A stretch of DNA of 64,000 nucleotides from Terriglobia bacterium (GTDB taxonomy: Bacteria; Acidobacteriota; Terriglobia; Bryobacterales; UBA6623). The notes beneath the pieces are model-generated. The model was not told the origin of the DNA. It saw only the letters and a list, made by a program, of their open reading frames with translations, and did not search any database. This document shows, one piece after another, positions 23,460-33,585 of the stretch (positions are counted from its first letter, which is position 1; the number at the start of each line of letters is the position of its first letter). The position numbers and the translations under genes were made by a program. The stretch lies in the NCBI GenBank assembly GCA_009841225.1, contig VXMF01000008.1, positions 17,763 to 81,762 on the forward strand, read 5' to 3'.

Positions 23460-24885
23460 GAGATATGCCCAGAAGTTGTGTATGCCCCGAATTCAGGCAG
23501 CGCGTTTGACCACTTGAATTCCGTCTTCGAATTTTACTCCTTCGATCACCTTGGGCAAGCTTTCCGTTCCGTTTAGCCTGCGCCATTTCCCCTGCGCCGA
23601 CAGCAACAGCCGGTACACCATCGCGAACGCCGTCTTCCGGCTCAGGCAGCCTCGCGTCTTGACTGTCCTCAGCCGCACTGTCGCGAACACGCTCTCGATC
23701 GGGTTCGTCGTCCGCAAGTGCCGCCAGTGCTCGGCCGGGAAGTCGTAAAACGCCAGCAGCTCCTCGCGGTCCTTCGTCAGGCACTCTGCCGCCCGCGGGT
23801 ACTTCGGCCCCCACACGCGCTGGAAATGCTGGAACGCCGACTCCGCCTCCCGCTTGGTCGCCGCCATCCAGATCGCCTGCAGCGCGGCCTTCGCCTTGCT
23901 CTGCCCGCCCTTGGGCAGCTTGTCCAGCACGTTGCGCGTCTTGTGCACCCAGCAACGCTGCGTGCGCGTCTGTGGGTACACCTTCCGGATGGCCTTCCAG
24001 AACCCCAGCGCCCCGTCCCCGATCGCCAGTTCCGGTCCTGCCTCCAGGCCGCGCCGCTGCAGGTCCAGCAGCAGCTCCAGCCAGCTCTGCTCGCTTTCCC
24101 GGTACCCGTCCGTCAGGCCCACCAGCTGCTTGCGTCCCTCGGCGTCCGCCCCGATCGCCACCAGCAGGCATTGCTTTTCCTCCTCCAGCCGGGCTTGGCA
24201 GAAGATTCCGTCGATCCACAGGTAGACGAAGCGCTGCCCGCGCAGATCCCGCTGGCTCCACTCCTCGTATTCCTGCGCCCACACCTGCTTCAGCCGGCTG
24301 ATCGTGCTCGAGGACAGCCCGCGCGCCTGCGGGCCCACCAGCGCTTCCAGGGCCTCGCCGAAATCCCCCGTCGAAATGCCCTTCAGGTGTAGCCACGGCA
24401 GCAGTTCGTCCATCGCGGCGCTGCGGCGCAGGTAGGGCGGCAGCAGCGTCGAGCGGAACTGGATCGGCCCGCCGGCAGCGTGCGGCTCCTGGTCCCGGGC
24501 GCGCGGCACCTGCACCTCCACAGGCCCGACCCCGGTTTGCAGCTCGCGCTGCGGCAGGTAGCCGTTGCGCACGATGCGCTGCCGGCCCTGGCTGTCCTGG
24601 AGGGACTCGTAGCTGGCCAGGTGCGCCGCGATCTCGGCTTCCAAGGCCTTTTCCAGCAGCGCTTGCGCGCCGTTGCGGAGAAGCTCCGCGACCACGTCCC
24701 CGGGCCGCGGCACCGCCGCGGGCATCGCGAGGACGTTGCCGCCTGCCGGCGGCATCTGCTCGTTGTCTCTTGTACTCTTGTTCATGGCGTATCTCTCCTT
24801 CCTTTACGGGAAACAAGTTCAACGACTATCGTCGCTGAGATACGCCACCTTCCTTCAGCTCATACACAACATTCGGGCATTACCC
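23460..24885 (-). mobile_element. Intact IS256-family insertion sequence, 1426 bp
   Basis: Imperfect 25-bp terminal IRs (23460-23484 GAGATATGCCCAGAAGTTGTGTATG; 24861-24885 reverse complement GGGTAATGCCCGAATGTTGTGTATG, 19/25 identical); 9-bp direct repeat TTGCCGTTC on both flanks. Confidence 0.95.
23493..24785 (-). CDS. IS256-family (mutator-type) DDE transposase
   Basis: VRNGY, WIDGI (D), AIGDGALGFWKA (D), QRCWVHK, TTNPIES (E). Confidence 0.96.
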   Translation of the reverse strand: MNKSTRDNEQMPPAGGNVLAMPAAVPRPGDVVAELLRNGAQALLEKALEAEIAAHLASYESLQDSQGRQRIVRNGYLPQRELQTGVGPVEVQVPRARDQEPHAAGGPIQFRSTLLPPYLRRSAAMDELLPWLHLKGISTGDFGEALEALVGPQARGLSSSTISRLKQVWAQEYEEWSQRDLRGQRFVYLWIDGIFCQARLEEEKQCLLVAIGADAEGRKQLVGLTDGYRESEQSWLELLLDLQRRGLEAGPELAIGDGALGFWKAIRKVYPQTRTQRCWVHKTRNVLDKLPKGGQSKAKAALQAIWMAATKREAESAFQHFQRVWGPKYPRAAECLTKDREELLAFYDFPAEHWRHLRTTNPIESVFATVRLRTVKTRGCLSRKTAFAMVYRLLLSAQGKWRRLNGTESLPKVIEGVKFEDGIQVVKRAA

Positions 24886-24894
24886 TTGCCGTTC
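24886..24894. repeat. Right target-site duplication of IS256
   Basis: TTGCCGTTC, identical to 23451-23459. Confidence 0.92.
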
Positions 24895-25544
24895 TCGAAT
24901 TCGTCACTTCGCGGTAGCGGATGTCGCAAAAAGGTTGCATTAGCACCGCGCGGCTCTTCTGGGATTTGTGTGGTCTCACAGCCCGTCTGCGTGAGCCCCT
25001 CGCAGGGCCGTCGCTGATTCGCATCGAATATACTACGGTACGCGAGTCTCTCCAAGCATGGCGCAGCAGCGTGTCGGAACGGTGCACGGCGCTTATCTGG
25101 GCCGGTAGGCCGCGGAAGGCGCGGGCGGGGCGCGCGAGGTGCCTTTGCTGGGGGCTACTCCTCGCGCGTCCGCTGGAACTCGCTCACCGGCCGGCTCGCG
25201 AACTGCCCCGGCCGCCGCAAGGTGCGCATGAGCTTGCACCTCGGACCCAGCCCCGTCTTGCCGTACGCAGTCCATATCCGACATAACCGTCCACAAGCTG
25301 AGGGTCTTGAACGAGGATCTCCAGGATGTCAAGAGCTTCCACCGTCGCTTCAAGGACCACCTGATGTGGCTTCGCAGTGCTGACCCAAAGGCAGCTACCT
25401 AGACTGGTGCCACAGGGCAGATCACTCATCGGCCCCATGGGTGGGTCTGTCTCCGAGCCGCCTCAACGAAACGGCGGACAGCGCCTAAGAAAAGAGCCTT
25501 ATCAACGCTGACGGTCGACCTGAGAATTCGGACTGTGCCGCAAC

Positions 25545-26105
25545 TCAGTCTTCCAATAGCTCGCCCAGCGTGAACAGCGCCTCGAAATCGCAGCCCAAAT
25601 CGGCAAACCTAGCGGCAGCGCCCTGCTCGCGATCCACGAGGCAGCACACACCCAGCACTTCCATGCCGGCCTCTCTGGCCCGTTCAATAGCCTGCACGCT
25701 CGAATTCCCAGTGGTACAAACGTCTTCCAGCACGACGCAGCGGACACCCTGGGTACTCGCAAGGCCCTCCACGTAACGCTTTCGCCCATGTCCCTTCTCG
25801 GCCTTCCGGACTACGAACGCATCCACCGGAGAATCGGTCTCCTGAGACTCATGTGCAACGGCACAGGAGAGTGGGTCGGCACCCATGGTGAGGCCCCCGA
25901 CGGCCTGCGGCCGCCAGCCGCGCGCTTCGATCCGATCCAGCAGCAGGCGACCGATCAGCGGCATGGCCTCGCCGCGCAGCGTGGTGAGCCTGCAGTCCAC
26001 ATAGAGATTGCTCGTCTTACCCGAAGCGAGCACGAAGGAGCCGCGCAGGACGGAATGCCGGAGCAGCAGGGCCTTGAGACGCTCGCGGTCTCCAGTTGCT
26101 GCCAT
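25545..26105 (-). CDS. pyrE: Orotate phosphoribosyltransferase
   Basis: FVLASGKTSNLYVDCR, VRKAEKGHG, VVLEDVCTTGNS PRPP-binding loop. Confidence 0.93.
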   Translation of the reverse strand: MAATGDRERLKALLLRHSVLRGSFVLASGKTSNLYVDCRLTTLRGEAMPLIGRLLLDRIEARGWRPQAVGGLTMGADPLSCAVAHESQETDSPVDAFVVRKAEKGHGRKRYVEGLASTQGVRCVVLEDVCTTGNSSVQAIERAREAGMEVLGVCCLVDREQGAAARFADLGCDFEALFTLGELLED

Positions 26106-26117
26106 TGGGCCTAGATC

Positions 26118-27290
26118 CTAGTACGAGCGGACTTGCTGTAAGTAGCCGCCGTAATTGCGCCGCACCTCGCCCAGCGAATCGCCGCCGAACTTCTCCAAGA
26201 ACGCGGCAGCAATGGTCAGCGCGACCATCGCTTCGCCGATCACGCCCGCCGCTGGGATGACAGCGACATCGGAGCGCTCATAAGCAGCGCTGGCAGGTTC
26301 CCGGGTGGAAAGATCGACCGACTCGAGGGGGCGCCGCAAGGTCGAAATCGGCTTGAGATACCCGCGCACGACAACATCCTGCCCGTTGGTGATGCCGCCT
26401 TCCAATCCTCCCGCGGTGTTGGAGCCACGAGTGAATTCCCTCGCCTCCCTGTCGTAGTGGATGGTGTCCTGCACCTTCGAACCGGGAGAAGCCGCCGCCA
26501 CGGCTGCAGATCCGATCTCGACGCCCTTCACGGCCTGCATCGACACAATCGCCTGCGCCAGCCGACCGTCCAACTTGGCATCCCAGCTGGCATGCGAGCC
26601 CAAGCCGATGGGCGCGCCGCGAACGACAACCTCGAACACGCCCCCGCACGTGTCCTTGGTACGGATAGCTTCGTCGACCACTGCTTTCATGCGCTGCTCG
26701 ACCTCTGGGTCGACACAGTTCAGCAAGACCTCGTCCTTCGCTGCTAGCGCCTGGAGCTCCGTCCAAGCGGCTTGGCGTCCCAGCTTGACATCGCCGACAG
26801 CTACGACATGGCTGAGCACCTCTATACCGAATTCGGACAGCAGCAGCTTAGCTAGGGCACCCGCCGCTACGCGGGCGGCGGTCTCGCGGGCGCTGGCGCG
26901 TTCCAAGATGTAGCGCGCCTCGGGATAGTTGTACTTGATCGCGCCGGCCAAGTCGGCATGTCCCGGGCGAGGACGGTTGACCGGCCTAGCGTGCTCGCTC
27001 GAACCCTCGTAGTCCTCGACGGGCAGCGTCTCGGTCCAATTCTTCCAGTCTCGGTTCTGAAGCAAGACCGCGATGGGAGAGCCGATCGTGCGGCCGTGGC
27101 GGACGCCGGATACGATATGCGCCTTGTCCGTCTCGATCTTCATCCGGCCACCGCGGCCGAATCCCTGCTGCCGGCGCCAGAGGTCGCGATTGATGCGCCC
27201 GAAGTCGACCGGCACTCCCGCAGGCATGCCGGAAAGGGTCGCGACGAGCGTCTCGCCATGAGACTCGCCTGCTGTGACGAAACGCAGCAT
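26118..27290 (-). CDS. aroC: Chorismate synthase
   Basis: TAGESHG, RRQQGFGRGGRM, RPRPGHAD, ERASARETAARVAAG, GGLEGGITNG, YERSDV. Confidence 0.97.
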   Translation of the reverse strand: MLRFVTAGESHGETLVATLSGMPAGVPVDFGRINRDLWRRQQGFGRGGRMKIETDKAHIVSGVRHGRTIGSPIAVLLQNRDWKNWTETLPVEDYEGSSEHARPVNRPRPGHADLAGAIKYNYPEARYILERASARETAARVAAGALAKLLLSEFGIEVLSHVVAVGDVKLGRQAAWTELQALAAKDEVLLNCVDPEVEQRMKAVVDEAIRTKDTCGGVFEVVVRGAPIGLGSHASWDAKLDGRLAQAIVSMQAVKGVEIGSAAVAAASPGSKVQDTIHYDREAREFTRGSNTAGGLEGGITNGQDVVVRGYLKPISTLRRPLESVDLSTREPASAAYERSDVAVIPAAGVIGEAMVALTIAAAFLEKFGGDSLGEVRRNYGGYLQQVRSY

Positions 27291-27335
27291 CCGGGGAAGC
27301 GGAAGGGGCGGAGGGAGAAGTCCTTATTATAGCAA

Positions 27336-28103
27336 GTGATGCGGACCCTGATCGGCATCCACGCAGTGGCGGCAGCTGTGCTCTCGGCACGCGGGTCAGG
27401 CCCTGGCTTGGAGCGCGTCATCGTGGCCCAGGGTACGCGCAACAGCCGCCTGAAGGCGGTGATCGACGATTGCCGGAAGGCTGGTATTCCGGTGCGTTTC
27501 GAGCCGAAGGCGGCACTGAGGAGGGTCGCCGGCACCGACAGCCACCAGAACATCATCGCGATCTCGTCCGCGGAGCGCTACAGGACGATCGACGAGGTCT
27601 TGGAGAACGCCTCCGGCCAGTCCACGGTCGTAGTGCTGGATTCCGTCCAGGATCCGCACAACCTTGGAGCCATCATCCGCTCGGCCGATGCGGCGGGGGC
27701 GTCAGCGGTAGTAATCCCGGAACGCCGCTCCGCGAGCCTCACGGAAGCGGCCGCCAAAGCGGCTTCAGGGGCCTTGGAATCCGTTCCTGTCGTGCGCGTC
27801 AAGAATCTGGGCCGGGCGCTCGATCAGCTCAAGGAGTCCGACTTCTGGATCTACGGATTCGACGCGGCGTCCGCCGCCAACTATGATGCCATCGAGTACG
27901 CAGACCGTTGCGCTCTAGTCATGGGGGGAGAGAGTCGCGGACTGCGGGACAAGATCGCGGAGCGATGCGATTTCTTGGTCCGCATTCCCCTGGCAGGCAC
28001 GGTCTCCTCGCTCAATGTATCTGTAGCGGCCGGAATCGCGCTGTTCGAAGTCGGGCGGCAGCGGCGCTCGCAGGGCCAGATCGAGAGTGGACGGCACACT
28101 TGA
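27336..28103 (+). CDS. rlmB: 23S rRNA (G2251-2'-O)-methyltransferase
   Basis: GIHAV, HQNI, LDSVQDPHNLGAIIRSA, VMGGESRGL, SSLNVSVAAG. Confidence 0.92.
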   Translation: MMRTLIGIHAVAAAVLSARGSGPGLERVIVAQGTRNSRLKAVIDDCRKAGIPVRFEPKAALRRVAGTDSHQNIIAISSAERYRTIDEVLENASGQSTVVVLDSVQDPHNLGAIIRSADAAGASAVVIPERRSASLTEAAAKAASGALESVPVVRVKNLGRALDQLKESDFWIYGFDAASAANYDAIEYADRCALVMGGESRGLRDKIAERCDFLVRIPLAGTVSSLNVSVAAGIALFEVGRQRRSQGQIESGRHT

Positions 28104-28141
28104 GTGCCGCGCGCCGTGCGAAGGCACGCGGAGGTACGGCA

Positions 28142-28375
28142 ATGATCGAATCTAGCATTGGGGCAAAGGGACAAACTACGCTTCCCAAGCAAGTTCGCGA
28201 GGCGCTTGGCGTGGGGACCGGTGACAGGGTGCGCGACGTCATTGCTGACGGCGAGGTGAGGATCTTGGCCGTGCGACCTGTCGGCCGACTGTTCGGAGCC
28301 CTTCGGCACGATGGGCAGCCAGTGCCGTTGGAGCAAATGGAGAAGGCCGTGGCCGACGGACCGGCTCAGGAATGA
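28142..28375 (+). CDS. AbrB/MazE/SpoVT-fold antitoxin (VapB-like)
   Basis: MIESSIGAKGQTTLPKQVREALGVGTGDRV; preceded by GGAGG; ATGA overlap with a downstream PIN fragment. Confidence 0.85.
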   Translation: MIESSIGAKGQTTLPKQVREALGVGTGDRVRDVIADGEVRILAVRPVGRLFGALRHDGQPVPLEQMEKAVADGPAQE

Positions 28376-28494
28376 TCGCACTCGGCACCAACGTGCTCGT
28401 CCGGTATCTGAATACACTCTACCGAGCACTTGCCAACGCTCGGAACGCCAGTCCTCATGCGCGACCGGCGGCACACACAACGCAAGAATCGTAG
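28372..28494 (+). pseudogene. Truncated VapC/PIN toxin remnant
   Basis: Manual translation MIALGTNVLVRYL then unrelated sequence, stop after 40 codons; PIN consensus MIALDTNVLVRYL has Asp replaced by Gly. Confidence 0.8.
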
Positions 28495-28534
28495 CCTCGC
28501 ACTAGCAAACTCGAAGAGACCGTATAATCCCGCT

Positions 28535-29047
28535 ATGCGAATCGCAGAAGGCTACATCATCGAATTCGATGCGGAAATGGCAAACACGCGCCGGATACTC
28601 GAGCTCGTACCGGAGGCCCTGCTCGACTTCCAGCCTCACCCGAAGTCCATGACCATGTCCCGCCTAGCCGGCCACATTGCCGAAATGGGGGCATGGGGCA
28701 CCTCGACAGCCAGACTCGACAGCCTCGATATCAGTCCAGTCGACGGACCGGCGTTCGAACCATACCTCGCCAAGAGAACCGCCGACCTGGTGGACTTCTT
28801 TGACAAAGGCACCGCTGGCGCTAGGGAAGCGGTATTGGCATTGAGCGACGAGGCGATGATCAAGCCTTGGACGCTGTATCGCGCTGGCCAAGAATTGTTC
28901 ACGATGCCCCGCATCGCAGTGTTGCGCACGATGATCTTGAGTCACGTCATCCATCACAGGGCGCAGCTCGGCGTCTACCTGCGCATCAACGACGTACCGA
29001 TCCCCGGCATGTACGGCCCTTCGGCCGACGATGGCCCACCAAGCTAG
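28535..29047 (+). CDS. DinB/YfiT-like family protein
   Basis: EFDAEMANTRRILE, PHPKSM..LAGHIAE, SHVIHHRAQLGVYLRINDVPIPGMYGPSAD. Confidence 0.88.
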   Translation: MRIAEGYIIEFDAEMANTRRILELVPEALLDFQPHPKSMTMSRLAGHIAEMGAWGTSTARLDSLDISPVDGPAFEPYLAKRTADLVDFFDKGTAGAREAVLALSDEAMIKPWTLYRAGQELFTMPRIAVLRTMILSHVIHHRAQLGVYLRINDVPIPGMYGPSADDGPPS

Positions 29048-29176
29048 CACCTGCGATCGCACCGCTTGCGTCGGCGCTCACCCGTAATCGCCAACGCCGC
29101 ATAGCGTCCAAGTGCTGGCCCGCCGTACGGTTAGCGAGCGTGGCACTGGTACGCTGATCAGCACGGAGCCTCTTTC

Positions 29177-30412
29177 GTGGCCCGCCTCCTGAAGCTTTCG
29201 CTAACTTCGTGGATGCTCCTGGCAATGGTGTCGGGTGCGTGCCTAGGCCTGCTCGCTCCGCAATGGGGCGATCGACTGGAATTCCTCAGTACGATCTTCC
29301 TGCGGCTGATCCGCTCGATCATTGCGCCCGTGCTAGTGGGCGTCCTGCTGCGAGCAATCGCAGGTGCCGGGAGCCTTGGCTCTCTCGGCCGCATTGGCTG
29401 GAAGTCCGTTGTCTGCTTCGAGACCGCCACGACGATCGCACTCCTGCTGGGCTGGTTTGCCGTTGAATTGACCCAGCCGGGCGCTGGCTTCGCACTGGAG
29501 TCCGCAGCCTCCGCCGGAGCGGCGCCCAGTACTACATTGACCGAGGCTCTGGAATCGGCTGTCCCAACCAGCATCGTGGACGCGTTGGCCCGCGGAGATG
29601 TGGTCCAGATCGTAGTCTTCTGCTTCCTGTTCGGCATCGCCTGCCTATCCGTCGGCAAGAGGGCCCGTCCAGTGGTGGAGTTTGCCGACGCTCTCGCCGA
29701 GGTGGCGTTCCGCTATACCGCCTACGTGATGTACCTCGCGCCCCTCGCTGTATTCGCGGCCGCTGCCAACGCGTTCGCTCACGGCGGCGAAAGCGCCTTG
29801 GAGGGCTTGGTCTCGTTCTCGGCAGTGGCGTGGGCGGCGCAGGCTCTGTTCTTGGCTGTGATCTTGCTGGGCGCCCTACTTGTGCTGCAAGTGCCCGTCG
29901 GGCGCTTTGCCCGCTTCGCCCGTGAGCCCTTCGTGATCGGATTCGCGACGACTTCCAGCGCGGCCGCGCTACCGCAGACGTTGGAGAAGATCGAGCGCTT
30001 CGGCGTACCGCGCCGGATTCTCGGCGTGGTCGCTCCGCTGAGCCTGAGCCTGAACATGAACGGGAGCACGATTCATCTCGGAATGGCGACGCTGTTCATC
30101 GCGCAGGCAGCCGGAATCCAGCTCTCGCTGGAACAGCAGGTCGTGATCCTGCTGACGCTGAAGCTGACGAGCAAGGGAGTGGCCGGCGTGCCCCGGGCGA
30201 ATTTCGTGATCTTGGCAGCTGTGTTCGAAGCCCACGGCCTGCCCATGGAAGGCTTGGCGGTATTGCTGGGTATCGACGCGCTGATCGATCCGATCCGCAC
30301 CAGCGTCAACGTCGCGAGCCACTGCGTTGCGCCGGTGGTGGTGGCCCGGTGGGAGGGCAGCTCATTCGCCGAGGGTAGCGGTACTCCCGATGCAGCCGGG
30401 CCCCTGCCGTAG
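29177..30412 (+). CDS. Dicarboxylate/amino acid:cation symporter (GltP/DctA family)
   Basis: IFLRLIRSIIAP, FATTSSAAALP, LSLNMNGS, LTSKGVAGVP, GIDALIDPIRTSVNV. Confidence 0.92.
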   Translation: MARLLKLSLTSWMLLAMVSGACLGLLAPQWGDRLEFLSTIFLRLIRSIIAPVLVGVLLRAIAGAGSLGSLGRIGWKSVVCFETATTIALLLGWFAVELTQPGAGFALESAASAGAAPSTTLTEALESAVPTSIVDALARGDVVQIVVFCFLFGIACLSVGKRARPVVEFADALAEVAFRYTAYVMYLAPLAVFAAAANAFAHGGESALEGLVSFSAVAWAAQALFLAVILLGALLVLQVPVGRFARFAREPFVIGFATTSSAAALPQTLEKIERFGVPRRILGVVAPLSLSLNMNGSTIHLGMATLFIAQAAGIQLSLEQQVVILLTLKLTSKGVAGVPRANFVILAAVFEAHGLPMEGLAVLLGIDALIDPIRTSVNVASHCVAPVVVARWEGSSFAEGSGTPDAAGPLP

Positions 30413-30444
30413 CCGATTTGCGATGAGGAGGCCCTAGTCGAGCC

Positions 30445-31902
30445 TCACTGCGTCATCCACTGCTGTCGCCTCGGCCACTTGGGGCCGTCCTCGAAGAACC
30501 TTACGCCTGTGCCAATCCGGTCATAGTCGCCAAGCTCCTCGCGTCCGGCGTCGGCCAACGCCGTCAAGCGTTCCACTACGTCAGGATGGTCGGCGGCAAC
30601 GTTGGTGGTCTCGCCGATGTCGGACTCAAGGTTATACAGGGCCAGCTCAGTGACCGGCTCGAGCAGCTCGCCCAGGAAGGCACCGGCTTTGGAAAGCAGC
30701 CACTCCGATTCGTCGCGGCCCGGCCGCGGAAACACCAACTTCCAAGGGCCGCTCCTGACCGCGTCCAGATGCGTCTCGCGGTAGTAGTAGAACGCCTCGT
30801 GCGGGCTTTCCGCTCCAGGCTCGCCCCGCATCAGGGGCCCGATGTCCCGTCCGTCCAAGGTGCGGTCGGCAGGAAGCTCCGCTCCAGCCATTTGGATAAA
30901 CGTGGGCAGCAGGTCCATCGTAGTGGCCACTTCCGATGTTTCCGTTCCGGCGGGAATGCGCCCCGGCGCCCACATCACTGTGGGCACGCGGATGCCCCCT
31001 TCCCACGTCGTGGCCTTCTCACCCCGCAGCGGCCCGGATGATCCGGCGTGTTCGGTAATCGCAGCCGTGTACTGCGGCAACGAGTGATTGCTCCACGGCC
31101 CGTTGTCGGAGGTGTAGACCACGATCGTGTTCTGATCGAGCCCTAACTCGGTGAGTAGGTCGACGATCTCGCCAGTGCTGGCGTCAAGCTCCTCGATCAC
31201 GTCCCCGTATAATCCGCGCTCCGAGCGGCCCTTGAAGGGCTCGGTGACGCCCAGCACCACATGGGCCATCGTATGGGCGATATAGAGGAAGAACGGCCCG
31301 TCCTTGTTTCGCCTGATGAAGGCGAGGGCATCGTCGGTGAACCGTCGCGTCAGGTCATCGACTCCGGCAGACTCTTGGATGCGCTCCTCATTGCGGTAGA
31401 CCCAGCGGACCTCGCCGCTGTCGTTCGCGCCCACCACCCCAAACCAATGGTCGAACCCTCGCCGTACCGGGTTCAGTTCCGGCTTGAAACCGCGGTGGCG
31501 CAGGGTGATGTCCACCTTGCCGATCATGCCCGTGGCGTAGCCGGCCTCCTGCAGCACCTTGGGCAGCAGGATCTCCTTCTCGTGCACGTACGGGAAAGTG
31601 TTCTTTTCGTTGCCGTACTCTCCGACGCGGATCGGGTAGCTTCCAGTCAGCAGGGCAGTCCGCGACGGGCCGCATACTGGCTGGGCGTAGAAGTCTGTGA
31701 ATCGCATGCCCTCGCTGGCCATGCGGTCGATGCGCGGCGTCTTGAAGTCGGTCGCGCCGAAGCAACCGAGGTCACCGTAGCCCTGGTCGTCAGCGAAGAC
31801 GATGATGAAGTTCGGGCGCTGATCGGTCTCGACCGGCGGCGAGCCGCAGCCCAACATGCAAAGCGCCGCCAACAAGGCGGACAGGTTCGTTTTCAGACGC
31901 AT
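30445..31902 (-). CDS. Cys-type arylsulfatase-like protein, predicted lipoprotein
   Basis: PNFIIVFADDQGYGDLG, CGPSRTALLTG, TSDNG, WEGGIRVP; lipobox MLGC; start placed at MRLKTN (31902). Confidence 0.92.
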   Translation of the reverse strand: MRLKTNLSALLAALCMLGCGSPPVETDQRPNFIIVFADDQGYGDLGCFGATDFKTPRIDRMASEGMRFTDFYAQPVCGPSRTALLTGSYPIRVGEYGNEKNTFPYVHEKEILLPKVLQEAGYATGMIGKVDITLRHRGFKPELNPVRRGFDHWFGVVGANDSGEVRWVYRNEERIQESAGVDDLTRRFTDDALAFIRRNKDGPFFLYIAHTMAHVVLGVTEPFKGRSERGLYGDVIEELDASTGEIVDLLTELGLDQNTIVVYTSDNGPWSNHSLPQYTAAITEHAGSSGPLRGEKATTWEGGIRVPTVMWAPGRIPAGTETSEVATTMDLLPTFIQMAGAELPADRTLDGRDIGPLMRGEPGAESPHEAFYYYRETHLDAVRSGPWKLVFPRPGRDESEWLLSKAGAFLGELLEPVTELALYNLESDIGETTNVAADHPDVVERLTALADAGREELGDYDRIGTGVRFFEDGPKWPRRQQWMTQ

Positions 31903-31943
31903 CGCTGCACTCCTCGACTCGACCATGCCAGCTCGCTCGACTT

Positions 31944-33494
31944 CTACTTGCCCTTGAGGCCGAAGCAATAGACCACCGAGTCATAATCCACTGTATAGAC
32001 TTTCCCCTCGGCAATGGCGATGCCGCTGAAGTGCACCCACGTGCCCATGGCATCACCGCTGTTGTAGAGTTCGTCACCGGTTCGCGCATCGAGCGCATGC
32101 AAGACCGCCGGCTGGGTGTTCTTGGTCTGGCGCTTTTGCACCGAGGTGCGCTGCTCAGTGTTCTCGCCGTTGGCCAGCACGAACGCCACTCCGTTCGCCA
32201 AGGCGACAGGTTCCGGCACCTTCAGGTTGCCCGAAATCCACGCCGGAGTCAGCTCGGGCCTGCCTGTGCCCGGGTTCGCCGTCACCTCAAACGCCATTAC
32301 GCTGCCGTCGGTGATCGGCCCGTGGGAGCGTGGGAACGCCGGCGCCTCCTTTGACGGCGGGCCGTAGACGGGCGCATACACCCAGCGCCGGCCCTGCTCG
32401 TCAGCCCAGGTCGAAAGGCCGCCCCAGATTCCGTAAGAACCGATGTCCTTGGGATCATTGCCGAGCCGGATCCCCTCCAGCAGCGGCGTCTGATGGTCCC
32501 GCCCGCCCAACAGGTCGGCGTCCAGCAGGTAGATCACGCCCTCCTTGGCACCGGCCGCGAGGATGTTGTAGCCCTTCCACCCGAACCATACTGGGCTGGC
32601 CGCGCCGAAGTCCAGGTCAAGCTCGTACAGCTCCCAGTGATTGCGCGGCAGGAAATAGTCCACCAGCGAGAGGTCGTCCAACGACGCCGCCACCACCGCG
32701 TTGGAATAGTCCCCTACCCGCGCGTCGAACGGCCCGTCCGCAGTCGAGCCGTAGACGCGTCCGTTCTCTCCGACGACCGGCCCGCCCCTGCCCCAAATCC
32801 CGCCCGTGGAGGTGTTAGAGAGCAGGCGCTGGCGCACCACCGGGCTGTGCCGGTCGCTGATGTCAATGGAATAGAACCCCGAGAGGCTGCCGCCGCAACC
32901 TTGGGCCAAGGTCGTGTAGATCGTGTCGCCGACGAGGTTGAGGCTCCAGTTCTTGGAAAATGCCGGAACGAATTGCACCGGCCCGTAGCGAACCTTGCCG
33001 CTGCCCATGTCCAGCCCCCACAAGGCGCCGGATTCGGCAACGGTGTACAGGATGCCGCTGCGGACATCGAGAGTTGGCGTGGCGTTGACACCGTTCGGGC
33101 AGTAGACGCTGCCTTGCAGGCCGTTGTTCGTCGGCAACTGATACAGCGTCGGCTTCCAGTCCCAGAGCTGCTCACCGGTAGCAGAATCAAGGGCAAACAC
33201 GCCCCCCTGCTTGCCTGCCACGTAGACCACGTCGCGGACGCCGAGCCGCGTCGAGACGCCCGTGCCGACCACCGGCGCCGTCAGCGAGACCAGGTACTCG
33301 GATTCGTCGTCGACCTCGGTCTTCCACTTCAACTCCAAGTTCCCGACGTTCTCGGGGCCAAGCGTTCTCTCCGAGCGCGCCCAGCCCGTGCGAGCCGGAT
33401 CGTAGCCGAACGTGGGCCAGTCGCCGGCTGCCGCCCCATCGGCGAAGCTCAGCGCGAGGCAGATCGGCCCGAGCAGTGCAGCCAGCCTATGCAT
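31944..33494 (-). CDS. Exported PQQ-type beta-propeller repeat protein
   Basis: Signal peptide; DWPTFGYDPARTG, LELKWKT, repeated ALDSATGEQLW / ALDARTGDELY blades. Confidence 0.85.
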   Translation of the reverse strand: MHRLAALLGPICLALSFADGAAAGDWPTFGYDPARTGWARSERTLGPENVGNLELKWKTEVDDESEYLVSLTAPVVGTGVSTRLGVRDVVYVAGKQGGVFALDSATGEQLWDWKPTLYQLPTNNGLQGSVYCPNGVNATPTLDVRSGILYTVAESGALWGLDMGSGKVRYGPVQFVPAFSKNWSLNLVGDTIYTTLAQGCGGSLSGFYSIDISDRHSPVVRQRLLSNTSTGGIWGRGGPVVGENGRVYGSTADGPFDARVGDYSNAVVAASLDDLSLVDYFLPRNHWELYELDLDFGAASPVWFGWKGYNILAAGAKEGVIYLLDADLLGGRDHQTPLLEGIRLGNDPKDIGSYGIWGGLSTWADEQGRRWVYAPVYGPPSKEAPAFPRSHGPITDGSVMAFEVTANPGTGRPELTPAWISGNLKVPEPVALANGVAFVLANGENTEQRTSVQKRQTKNTQPAVLHALDARTGDELYNSGDAMGTWVHFSGIAIAEGKVYTVDYDSVVYCFGLKGK

Positions 33495-33585
33495 CGCCTC
33501 TCACCGCTACATATGCTAGTGAATTGAACGGCGGCGCCGTAGCCCGCGCCGCTGGTGGGCTTCACCAAGCCAGTCCGAGCCGGCG

